Below, one piece after another: positions 39,067 to 51,084 of a stretch of 64,000 nt of DNA; the stretch's first letter is position 1; each line of letters begins with the position of its first letter. The notes below the pieces were generated by a model. That model searched no databases, had not been told where the DNA came from, and was given only the letters and a program-made list of their open reading frames with translations. Made by a program: the position numbers and the translations under genes. Origin of the DNA: Balanoglossus misakiensis (lineage: Eukaryota; Animalia; Hemichordata); NCBI GenBank assembly GCA_040954595.2, contig CM082590.2:11160655-11224654 (forward strand), given 5' to 3'.

Positions 39067-39299
39067 GCATCAGTCCCAAGGGGTGACCATGTTACAGAGG
39101 TTGGGGTCTGGGCATGACATTTTGTTCACGCCTACAGTAACCTACAGAACTAGGGCATGTTATTATCATGTAGTACAACGTAATAGTATAAAGCAAGGAG
39201 TTGGCAAACATTTTACTAATAAAATATTACCAAGTACATGGCGAGGGATGAGCTTTACATTTTATTTTAATACATGTATAGTACACAACTTTGGGGCAT

Positions 39300-40090
39300 A
39301 AAAAGTTTATTGTCAGTCAAAGTACAAAACTAGGAGAAGGCATGACATGATTTTATTTTGTCAGTCATAAAATAGAACTAGGGGAGGGTTAGCTGCAATG
39401 ATTGTAGCGGGTGCTGCTAGGTGCATTACCGCTACAAGGCCTTGTGTGTAATTTTCCAATCAACTTTCGGTCGTCAGCTCAGTTACGGGGTTTAACTCTT
39501 ACCTGCAATAAAATTTAAAAAACGAATGGTTGCATCCCCCCCAAAAAACACCTCCGACGCCCAAATTTCCCCCAAAATTGTCCTGCTTCCATTAAAAAAA
39601 CGATAAATCCGCTGAAGTTTCGCTGATGTTTACAAACTTTGTCCGCCATGTTTGCTCAAACATGGCGGAACACATCAGCGAAACTTCAGTGGATTTATCG
39701 TTTTTTTAATGGAAGCAGGACAATTTTGGGGGAAATTTTGGCATCTGATGTGTTTTTTGGGGAGGATGCACCCGTTCGGTTTTCAAATGTTATCGGAGGT
39801 AAGAGTTAAACCCCGTAACTGAGCTGACGACCGAAAGTTGATTGGAAAATTACACACAAGGCCTTGTAGCGGTTATGCTGCACACCAGTCAACCAAGCAG
39901 CACCGGCCGCTACAATCATTGCAGCTAGGGGAGGGTATGGTATATTTGTCGGTCAAATTACAGAACTAGGGGGGAGGGCTGACATTTTATTGTCAGTCAT
40001 AAAAGAGAACAAGGGGAGGGCATGGCATAATATTGTCTGTCATAATACACATCTAGGGGAGGGCATGGTATATTTGTTAGTCATTTTATT
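39300..40090. repeat. Diverged ~41-bp minisatellite (TTGTCAGTCATAAAA..AACTAGGGGAGGGCATGG), interrupted by a foldback element
   Basis: Repeated GTCAGTCA...CTAGGGGAGGG units on both sides of 39390-39927. Confidence 0.7.
39390..39927. mobile_element. 538-bp palindromic non-autonomous DNA transposon with TAGC...GCTA ends and a 9-bp TSD (GGGGAGGGT)
   Basis: The arms are inverted over their whole length around CCGCCATGTTT-GCTC-AAACATGGCGG near 39655. GGGGAGGGT is at 39381-39389 and 39928-39936. Confidence 0.88.
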
Positions 40091-40284
40091 GTCTTTTTTA
40101 GGGAAAAGAAAAAATTTGTATCAGTTAATGGCAGGTTTGGCTGTCAGGCTGATATTAATGCGTAGGGAAACATTTCCAAACAGGCTACACTCTGAGTTGA
40201 AAATAAACCATTCTGTCTATTTTGGTCACTCTGAGTTGAAAATATTTTTTTCTGTCCATTTTGGTCCTTGCAAATAATACTGTG

Positions 40285-43200
40285 CTACCTTTCTGGCTCA
40301 CACGATCCAATCTCATATTTATTCATGATGTCCGCCACGAATTCAAACCGAGTAGCTCTGTTCTCCAATCGTTTCATGGGATCTTGTAAAAACTGTGTGG
40401 TATACGAGGTACTCCGATGGGGTATGTGGATGGCCCACACATCATGTAAAACATACATCTCATACCTGCAGAAAAAGACATACCAGTCACAAGTTATATT
40501 ATGATTCACTATGGCAATGCAGGACATGTGCTTTTGATATCACAGAAAAGACAAGAGTGATTTTATCATTCCCAACTCACCTGGCTGCCATCAATTCCAT
40601 TATGTGGGTCACTTTATTCATCCCATACCCGGTGAATCTTTCATCATACAGCGGCATCTTCGGAGTTTTTCTGAAAACATTGACAACAGATTAACATATC
40701 GAAAATTGATACACACAAAATTTCCTCAGGGATTTAGAAGATATGCAACATTAAAGCCACAATATTTCTCACTTTCGCATAATTTTGTTTTGAAACGGCA
40801 TCTTCAATTTCTAAAAGTAGATGATAATTGATACTAAAATGAATCGAACAGTTATCATGCCCAGCTCTGTTCATAAATACATACAATTTACAATATAATG
40901 AGTGAAGAATGACTTTCTGTCCGGACATAAAAGATATGCAAGATTAATTAATAGACAGAGAAATCAGAGAAGCCATCTGGCTAAAAGCCAGAAAAGCCCC
41001 ATCCCCTACCAACTGTTTGAACACCCATTTTGCATCTGGTGATTGGAACTGCAATATTTGAGCAACAGTTCTTGTATCATGTGTATGCAACTCTCAAACA
41101 GTAATTGAAATAGTATTTCTCGGATGTGCCCTGCAATAGTTTCCTTGTCTATTTAATGCAGTTGTTAAAAAATAGCGTCAAGGACACTGTGGTCCCATTT
41201 GAGGATTAAAAAACTAAACAGAGACTGAGAGAGTGGTATTTCAACTACCGCACTTCCGGTATACTGTACAGTCAACATAGCGTGTGTGTTACATTCGCAA
41301 TGGGTGTACATGTACTGCCCAAAACAATTGTCATGAATGACTTACTTTAAGACAACATATGGTTCAAATTTGTCCTGGTAATTGGTCACCATGTATGGCT
41401 GCATAGCAGTGTACCACTTGTTGTAGTCGGTTGCACGGTGAGCCTCGGGAGAATCCACAAAACTTGGAAATAGTCGTCAAGGAAACATTTGAAATAAGAG
41501 ACAGTTTGGTTACACTGATGCATTTAACAACCAAGTTTTTTGCGGGTGTACATACAATGATACAGACAGACAGACAGGCAGGCAAACACATACATACATA
41601 CATACATACAGACAGACAGATGCTTGTCGCTGACTTGTACCACATGGGAGCTAAAATTACTGATGGAAAGGATATGAAATGGAAGTATATTCGATGAGTG
41701 TCCATGAATATGATTCCGAAGCTCTTCTTTGGTTTGAGGAATGGATGGTACTTCCTGGGAAGAGAAAAAGAAATGATGAAAGCTTTCTCTGCTAGACTAA
41801 TATTTGCAGTGTAGTGTCGAAAGATTTCATGTCTATTACAATGCATGGATTAAATGGGTAATGCACGTACAGTATGAAATTTTCACAAGTATATATTTGA
41901 ATCTCACAGACAAGAAACACATGCAGTAAAGTGTTCATGCCATCAACGTAGTGTTTACTACAAAATGCATAAGTAACAAGTGTGATAAACTCTTACCTGT
42001 AAACCTTCAATGAATTCAAACGCAGGCACAATGAATGCCATGTAACCAGCATTATTCATTCCAATTCCTTCTCTCATTTCCGTCAAGAACTTCTCTCGAA
42101 ATCCCGGAGATGGGATGAAGTCTGCGTCCAGCAACAGGATGTATTTCGTTTGACTTTGTCTGGAATAGAAAAGAGAACGTTTTTGTCACACACTTGATTT
42201 GTTTCATGTGATATAATTGGTCAAGCAGTATTAGTTAATACATAATTGTATTTTTTCTTTCACTTACTTTATTGCCAGATTTCTCAGGTAATTGATCGGA
42301 TATTCATCGCTTAGCTGAAAGTATGAAGAAAAGATACAATTGGTGTTGTTGTCATTCAGAAAATGTGCCAAGCGTCAGATACAGCATAAATCTAAGTGAC
42401 AAAAGACTCACCGTGTTAGCGTAAACTGCCCTGACCACAGACTTTGATTTGAATTTTGGATTCTGTAACTTTTTGGTGATGTAATATCTACAAATTGGAA
42501 AACAAAAACTGTTATTTTGAGAACCCTTCATTGTACTGCTCTGATACAATGATAGATGAGAATGTCTTATCAAAATATGTCTAAATACACAAGATGAAAA
42601 CAACACAGAAACACAACGCACTTCCTCAAGAAAAAATCAATTACTTGAGACAATAAGCATCCAATTCTGAGGGTGAGGAAATTTGATTAGTTGGAGGAAA
42701 ACTTCTCACCTTTTCCATTCATGGTCTGTATCTAAAGTTTCTGACTTGGTTGGTACATACAGAACTATTGACATGGGGCCGTCCCAGAATTCAATGCTTT
42801 TTTCCAACATGTCAATCCTATCCATGGAAACCTGTGTAACCAAGGTGATATCATCTTCATCCTGCAAATAAAAATACAGAGAGAGGGAATTATAAATTAC
42901 ACAAGAGCAAATCATTTTCCATTGCACATGTAAACCAATCATCTTTTACCAACCTGTATTTCTGGACCTTCAAAAATCTGTTCTGTGACAAAAGGACGAG
43001 GCTGAGTATATTCTGTTTCACTCGGCACTGGACACTCGGCAACAAAATCACTTCTGATAAGTTCTTTTTCCATCAAACTTTCTGTACAAACATAAAAAAA
43101 TTCCAGGAAAATTTAAAGCTTCATAAGCTGTTTTGTTCATTAATTCTTCTACATATGGTCTACACTTTTTGGTTCCACTGTCTATAGTTGTGATGAAATA

Positions 43201-46178
43201 TTCACTGAATACTACAAGCCTGTAATCATTTAAATAATAACACATTAGCGAGGGCAATATGATGATCTTTAACCTGCATTGGGGATGGTGATCTCTGGCC
43301 ATAATATTGATGATGCCTGAGTCGCTGGTGAAGGTATCATCAATGATGTGGCTGGTGGTTTGATACTAGTTGTTATGGTGATTATTGTTGTTGTTTTCTC
43401 TTACCTGGCAAAACTGGCCTGAGAGTGATACCCAAGAACTTGATACTACCCGTGTAACCATAGCAACCTAGCATGACAACAACACTGTGTATCCGCCTGC
43501 CTTTAGGTATTTTCTACAAAAATAAAAGAGAAGCAAATTCACATTAGACATTCCAATCACAAGAGCTTCCACTTGTGGAGACTACCTCTTGACCCTCTAA
43601 CCACCATGGTTGGAACCAAATCCGTTGTGTTTGATGGTAAAATTGGACCTCTACAGTGGGAACTGGGGGTGAAAGGGTCAAGCTCACTAGAGAAGAAATT
43701 TCGACGTTGACTAATCATGGATTGTTCCTCATGTAAAATAATAACATTGCAGATAAAGAGAATAACTGTTGTATTCATCTTACCAGTTCATACTCTGCTT
43801 CAAGATAAGAATGAGTCCCTCTTGGAAAATCCAACCTGATGAAAATATCCAACAGAGAAATGTGGTAACCATAGGCTCATGTACCAAAGATACTCAGAGA
43901 ATATCTTTCACAGAACACTTGTAAATGATATCATGAAAAAAGACAATTTTCAGACAGACATTGCAGGCATCCAAAGTTACTTACTTCACGGTTTGTGTCC
44001 TGCCATTATCATATTTCAACAGAGCTAGTGCACTGTACATAGCATCTCCTTCCTGCAAACAGAAAGCAAAAGAGAGAGAGAGAGAGACAGCCAGAGAGTT
44101 GTGATGAACACATCTTAATCTTACTCAATGCAAAGATACAGAACAAACTTAGAGTCTAAAGTCAAACTAAAACATTTCTATCTGTTCCACCCTCCGGAGT
44201 CTGAAGAGAGGATGAGTCAGAATGAAGCCATATCTACTCACCATATCTTCAAATATTTTCATATCAACGGCCGCACTCTTGGCTGAGAAGAGCAATCGAT
44301 TAAACCGCATGTCATTTTTAAACTGTGAAAGAAATGTGAGATCTCAGTCAAGATTGTTTAAGGAGACACTGACAGGTTGACAGGATCTAACTTTTGACAT
44401 TATCGTGTACATGTAAAAATATGTTTGTTTTGAGAAACCAAATATAAATGACCTACATGTATTTTTGATGTCTTACACTTTTACAGAGTAGAACAAGAAA
44501 TTGTAGTTGATACTCAAAACACAAATACAGAGAAAATACTGAAGACTTGATACTTACTGAAATATACTGGTAGATAGCTCTGACACTATCAGGCTTGCAA
44601 ATGACACTCAAAATCTGGAAGAAAAAGATGGAATAGATTGATCAACGGGGTGATGGTGGAACATATCATTAGTGCCAGTTTTGCCTTCAAACTTCGCACA
44701 CAAAACCACTTTCACTGGAAATTATTTCCAACAACATAACAGCGAGCGGTGAGAGCATTGACTGACCTCCCTGCAGACACCAAACTTTCCAATGTCACAA
44801 TCAATGTCTTGCAGCCACTTGACATGAGGCATCCACCAACCCTCAATTCCAATGTGACTGCTGTCAGAAATGTAGTTGGAGATCATATTGAGACCTTCCA
44901 CTTCATCATCTAAGAAGTCTCCTTCGCGGAAATCTTCATGTACTACAAATCTAAATTGAAAAAAACAAAAGATGAATTACACTCGACATACATACAATAC
45001 AAACAAAACATACACTCGGCAAGTGTTCCTCTCAAAGCATTTAACCCTTTCACCACCATGGTTCAGTCCAAACCCATTGTTTTCTATGGTAAGGTTGGAC
45101 CTCTAAGGAGGGAACTGGGGGTGAAAGGGTTAACAACAATTCTTCATGTTATTTCACTTTGTCAAAACAATAGAACTGCATTAACATAACAATTGATTCT
45201 GTTGTCATGCAAATTGGCCAATGTGATGTTGGAAATACATATGAAAAACACTGCTTGATTAGAATTTCTGTGCCCTGTGCTGTTGTTCGTGAAGTCAAAA
45301 ATAACCTTTGTTGTATTCTAATGAGGCGTAACAATGCACAGGCTGAGTAATGAAATGGATTAGCCTGCTGGCCTTGGATTTAGGTCAGCTCCAGCTAACC
45401 TTGAACCAACCCAGTTGAAATCCAAGTTCATATTTGCAATGCACCAAGTCATTCTATACGAAAGCCAAGTTGAAGTAAGAGTTTGCCAACACATGGTATT
45501 TTCTCCCAAGAGAAATCCAAGAGTATGAACAATCATGTTTTGTTTTGAAACAGAATCTCATTTAAATATCAAAACAAATGACAATACATCATATGTTGGT
45601 TTCAGAGGTGTCGGAACACCGACCCAAATATCATAACATCCCGATCATGCAGCCTGCCTTTGAGTGCTGCGATACACATAGAGAACAGGCATCAGACAGC
45701 ATGTGGTTTAGTTATTGTTTGGTTATTGCGGTCTGATCATGCAACCGTCTGTGCTGATCTGAAGCGACTTCACGGTTGAATGGCCACGCCCCACCCTGTT
45801 CCCCATAGAATCAGCGAATCGATTTGTGAGGTGATCGCGAGCAATCACAGCACTGCATGGTCTCAACGGGTTCGTGGAGATCCTAGTCCGTTTCTGATAT
45901 GCGCAAATGTTAAAGTCCCTGACTGACTGTGGTCGTACAGCCAGTGAACAAACGCAAGTTGTTTACAAACACGGACGCACTCATGAATACTAGTGATGCG
46001 TAAAGTCAGTAACTACTTACTCTTCCTTATTTGACGTCCACGGACTTTCCATGATTCTTGAATACATAGTCACAACGGCCACCAAGGAAACAGCGAATAA
46101 TATCCACAGGACGCACGTAAAATCAGATCTAAACAAACGACGACATAACCACGACGCCAGATGGATGGGCGCCGCCAT
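40285..46178 (-). CDS. LARGE/B4GAT1-like GT49 glycosyltransferase (glucuronyltransferase-type), type II membrane protein with an extra N-terminal luminal domain, ~16 exons
   Basis: TM segment VLWILFAVSLVAVVTMY; GT49 motifs DITLVTQVSMDR...WDGPMSIVLY, YPINYLRNLA, LLLDADFIP, AFIVPAFE, H.ATDYNKW, FEPYVV, YDERFTGYGMNKVTHIMEL and IHIPH. No GT8 xylosyltransferase domain is seen. Confidence 0.88.
41464..41675 (-). other. U12-type intron in the GT49 gene with probable AT-AA termini
   Basis: Minus strand: CCA TTT C|ATATCCTTTCC ... TTTCCTTGAC-GACTATTTCCAA|GT TTT GTG GAT, giving PFRFVDSPEAH. Confidence 0.78.
43589..43681. mobile_element. piggyBac-type MITE copy
   Basis: TTGACCCTCTAACCACC...GGGGGTGAAAGGGTCAA, with the family core. 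Confidence 0.7.
45041..45133. mobile_element. piggyBac-type MITE copy, near-intact
   Basis: TTAACCCTTTCACCACC...GGGGGTGAAAGGGTTAA. Confidence 0.82.
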
Positions 46179-46504
46179 TTTGAAATAAGGTGACGCCTGA
46201 TTGGTCAACTCTTTGGAAACTTTTAGAAAGATTCGAACTGTGAGGGCGAAAGTCGTTCAGCGCATTGCCATGGCAGCGAACTTGAGCGCGCATTCTCCGG
46301 TGAATAATAAATAAATGTTTCTATGACAACAATTGATGATTGCCATCGTAAAAAAACTTATAAGGATAACATATCAACATACAAAACAAATGTAACACAC
46401 AAATCTAATGAGATTTCAGCGGTTTGTACCTCCTATACGGAGTTGGTAGTCAACCAAAAAGATACTTGTTTTTGAAGTGATAAATAGAACAGCATTTGTT
46501 GTCC

Positions 46505-49116
46505 ATGGCGATGGACTACATTACCGAGAAGGCTAAAAGTTCAGCAAAGAAAGCTGGAAAACGAGCCGGTGAAAAGGTACGTCCAAACGCGAAAACCAAA
46601 GTATTAATTGATAAAACAGGATACATCTTGGCAAACTATTGGCAGAGTCTCTCTGTGTGTGTCTCCCCGTTTTTGCCCCCCCCCCTCTCTCTCTCTTCTC
46701 TTCTCTTTATATCTCTTGACCTTCAAACACGGAATAATTCTTGTAATATTGCAAGGCCTTTCCACCAGACTGTCACAGTTGGTCACTAACCCTATATTTT
46801 TCTTTCCTATAAAAAGCTGATTCGGAAGATCGGAGGTGACCAAACTAGGGACAGACAGTTCGATGATCTGAACTTTTCATTCCAACAGCAAGTGGCGCAG
46901 GCCGAAAAGCTTAAAAAGGAAGTTGGTCGATACGAACACCTCGTCAAAGGTGAGATGCGGGTTCATGTCGTATCCAATAAGAATATCTATTCTTGATTTC
47001 AGAAGTATTATGTATAATTCTTTTAAATGTCTTGACAGAAATAAGAAAAGCTACGAAAGGACTGAATGACATCTTAGCAGATTTCTTTGAGGATTTTTGG
47101 CCGGGAACACAAGAATTCCAAGTGTCTTTACAGGTATGAGACAATCGTCAATACGCGCATTTATGTAATTTCGTGAGTACAAACTTTACGTTAGACGCAT
47201 TCAAATAGTGACTGCCTTTGCTTCCTTCCAAAAATGGAGTATCTTTTGTGTGGCTTGCAGGACCAAGAAACACTATGGAACGAGTTCTTACGCAGTGTAC
47301 ATCGTACGAATGATCCAATAAGACGGTATCAATTGCAATTCGAAGATATGAAGGTAAAATCACCCCCTCAAGTTATTCCCTGTTGTGATATTGTTGGCCA
47401 AAAGAATTGATTTCAATACGATAGTGTATCTTCAAACAGCATGGAACTACGATTGACCTATCTCCCACTGCTTTTTCAGGAACGAATCCAAAAACGAGAA
47501 AACAAGTTAATGGACTATGATATTGCCAGGAGATCACTAGAGGTAAAACATTAGCAGGGCAAGATTTATTTTCAAACTTGCATTTCAAAAGTTGACGTTC
47601 ACAAAACAAGTACAGGTCACTCTAAAGTATGAGGAATATTTATGAAAACACAAGTGATTTTAAACTTGAACTTTGGATGTGGTCATAATCCGATTTCATG
47701 TCAAACTAGAAGTTTAAATCTCATTCGCACTTGTGATATTTCTCGTCATTCACAGAAAGCATACAATTCGGAAAAGGTTTCTGACGCCAAAATCGCAAAG
47801 GTGAGTTCAAAACTTTTCACGACCACAAATTTACTATTAACAATAACAACAACAACAACAATAACAATCATAACTTTCTGCATGACAGCTTGAAGATGAG
47901 TTCGATGAGGCTGAAAGTGAATACCAAATGCTCAATGACGAACTTATCCACGCATTGCCACCAGTACTGGAAAGGTGAGCAGGGATTTTCAGACTGTTCT
48001 AATTTTCACCCTTTTACCGCAATGGTTTGACCCCAATTTCGTCGTTTTCTATGGTAAACTTGGACGTCTATAGTCGGAGATGGGGGTTGAAAACCATCAT
48101 TCTGCTTCTCTAATCGTCTTCCTAGACAATTGACCCAGTTTTTCCCTATTAATTCTAAACTAAGAATATTGTGTCTTTCTGTTGCAGTCGTGGAGCTTTT
48201 GTGATCGAAGCTTTCACCAGTTTCTTCCAAACCCACGAATTATTCAGTTCTGAAACTTTCAAGGTAAGCTCAGTCTAATATTTGAGGGAGGGAAGGGGTG
48301 AGAGAGGAATAGACAGACATACCAACAGACAGACATACAAATAGATGGATGGATGGACGAATGAATGAATGGATAGATGGATAGATAGATAGAGAGAGAT
48401 AATTCCCCAACCATTTTTGACAGGTTCAAGGCATGCTCATAGAGCTAGTTCAAGGACTTCAAGGCCAAAAATTGGAAGTCACTGTTGGTAAAGAGAGGCG
48501 AGGCCGTGCCCGTGGGGGTGGTCCGACACGTAGTGGCCAGCTAGGCAAGGGTGGTGGTGGTGGGGGTGGGGGTGGGCGACGTGCAGGTGGTGGGGGTGGC
48601 AGGGACACAAAACCAGGAGGGCAATCAACATCAGCTGCAGGATCAAGGAGTCGGCCGCAGGGAGGCTCTTATCAAAACAGGCCTGGTCGTAAGTAGTGGA
48701 TTCAAGTGGTCAAGTTGACCACTTTTGTGTTGATTTTTTGGTTATCTTTAAGAATGGCGGTTGGAGTGGGAGGTTATTTATGTACTGGGCATTGAGTATG
48801 CTAAATTACAGGTTGTAATAGCCGAGCTCACATGACCTCTATACTAGAACACAATTTTGCTATTGGCAACAAAATGAATGATAGAAGTTTACCCATGTTA
48901 TGTTCATGTGCAGACTGAGTTGTGTTCTAAAAACTGATCATTGGGCATGTCTCAATGTCTAGAAGAAATAGATCAACATCTTAGTGACTTACTTTTCTCC
49001 AGACGTTTCTTCCACCTTTTAAAACAGAACATTAATTCTATCTCATCTCTTTCACAGCACAATCTGGATCTCGTGGTGGTGCGGCAGCGAGTACTCAAGA
49101 ACATTTTAGCTTTTAG
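46505..49116 (+). CDS. Divergent amphiphysin/BIN-like N-BAR protein without SH3, with a Gly/Arg-rich C-terminal tail; exons approx. 46505-46576, 46817-46949, 47038-47133, 47261-47353, 47480-47542, 47756-47800, 47889-47974, 48188-48263, 48424-48688, 49058-49116
   Basis: KKAGKRAGEK|LIRKIGGDQTRDRQFD; ERIQKRENKLMDYDIARRSLE; EYQMLNDELIHALPPVLESR; tail RRGRARGGGPTRSGQLGKGGGGGGGGGRRAGGGGG...SGSRGG...EHFSF*. All introns are GT-AG and in phase. Confidence 0.85.
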
Positions 49117-51084
49117 TTCTCGATCAGGTCACATAGTGGATTAGACACATCACCAGGATGATGCCCAGATGCACAAAGAATCTTTTTCCAGAGTTCTCAG
49201 GGCTGTATCATCACTGCAACTTAAAATTGTTATAATGGTCTTGTCTTACATGTACTTTTGGACTGAAATTTTGAATTGCACAATTGAACGTGTTATTTGA
49301 AGTAAAACTGAAGCTTTAAAAAAAACATTGCTACCACATTTGGTTCTGCTTTCTCTCAAGCCTAACCTATGAAAAGGGTGTATCCAAACACCAATTCCCA
49401 CAAAACACAAGTACACAAATTTAAAGGACTTCAAATTTTATTTTCATTGCCAATTCCACACTTTCCAGTATTTAGTATAAAATATGCATATATCACAAAT
49501 ACAGAAAAAAGAAGACAATATAGATTACATCCAAAGATTTCAGAAACAAGACATTTTTGGGATTACTACTAACACTGCCAAGTCCATTTACAGATTTGTT
49601 AAAAAGCTCCATTTTCATGAAAAATTGATCACTTTTTTACAACATGGATTCAAGACTAACACAAAGAACAAACTTAGTTGATCAAAACGAATGCACTTTG
49701 CCAAGCTCCACAGCACATCAATACATAAATAAAAATGGATACTATACTGGATATCATTAACCTATTTCAGGAATTGTGAGAGAATTTTGGAAAGTTACTT
49801 TCCAAATATTTACACAACAAATGTCAGCTTTCATTAATTAAGCCATAATAAAATATCTTGTGAGAAATGTGAGAAACTGTATTTTCTTGGTGTGCTTTTT
49901 TGATTGTAAACCCCTACACAGTCTACGCAATTTCCAGTCAGTTATAACATCTTGAAAAAACTATAACAATATTGCTCTAATAGTATATTTGGGAAAGACA
50001 ACAGAGTAGTTTTCAATTACAGGCAGTTTTTAGCTAAAAATAAATTCCTGCATTGCAATGGGCATGTCGCGTTAAAATAACTTCATCAATAAAAAATCAA
50101 CGGCATGTGGTGTGTTGTTTGATCTGCAAGGACATAAAACGTTCGAAACAAAACCTAATAAAAAAGAGAAATTATTCATTTAATGGGCCAGATGAGGTGA
50201 GTCTGTATTGAATGTCACATGAGGAATCAGCTGTGGACCCCTTGAACACTATACTTATCTGTAGAAAATTCTGCTTTTATTAAACTGGGAAAGTCTGGTA
50301 AATATTCTAGTTCAATAATGTCTATCAGTAACCAGAAAAAGGTCACACTTCCCATTTCCCCCAAGACTGAATACACTACATGTACTTGAGGATGTAAATT
50401 TAAATATAAAAAATGTGAACAGCCAGACAGATTCCACAAGACTTGATAAAACATTGCATTTGTGATATATATTCTATAACACTGTACGACTACCTACAAG
50501 CATTAGAAATTTCTAGGAAGCCACGAAACAAGACAACATCTCGACTGATTATACAGAAAAGACATCAAGGAATTCCTGCACAGATCATTCTTGTGACAAT
50601 GCGATAGAAAACATGATAGAAACAAAAAATGATAGGTAAGTCGGTGTCTGACATCATCCGTGGGAAAAACAGCAGCTTCTTCCCCTATGTGATAAATAGT
50701 TCGACCCAAAGCACCTAGATGATCATGTGGACCTTTCCATTGTATTATAAAAGCAGGTGGGGCAGCAGTCTAGGTAGATGCACTCAGTGCATATATACTT
50801 GCACCCAGAAATCGAAACTGTTTTCTTCAAAGTCCCTAACCCTAAAACCTTTCCTATACTCATCAAAATACCTACACCACTGAAACAATCCTCCGTCTTT
50901 TTGATTAAAAAAAATCCATAAAATATTTACAATGTGATATACTAGTATCGGTAAATGTAAACATTTATTAACTCAAATTATTTCCAAATCTTTGAAGCTT
51001 TATTTCTGCGACTACAGCTTAATATTATTATACAGGTCTAATTTGAGATATAATTTGACTTTCTTGCTTGTTCTCATAGCGGCA

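Noticed and set aside
39058-39110. TAATGCCGC...GTCCCAAG...GAGG, resembling a twister ribozyme
   Set aside because: The P4 stem and the pseudoknot partner (AAGC) do not form.
39820-39860. CTGACGA-CC-GAAA, resembling a hammerhead ribozyme core
   Set aside because: Only 2 nt separate the core halves, so there is no stem II, and stems I/III are unconvincing; it lies within the foldback arm.
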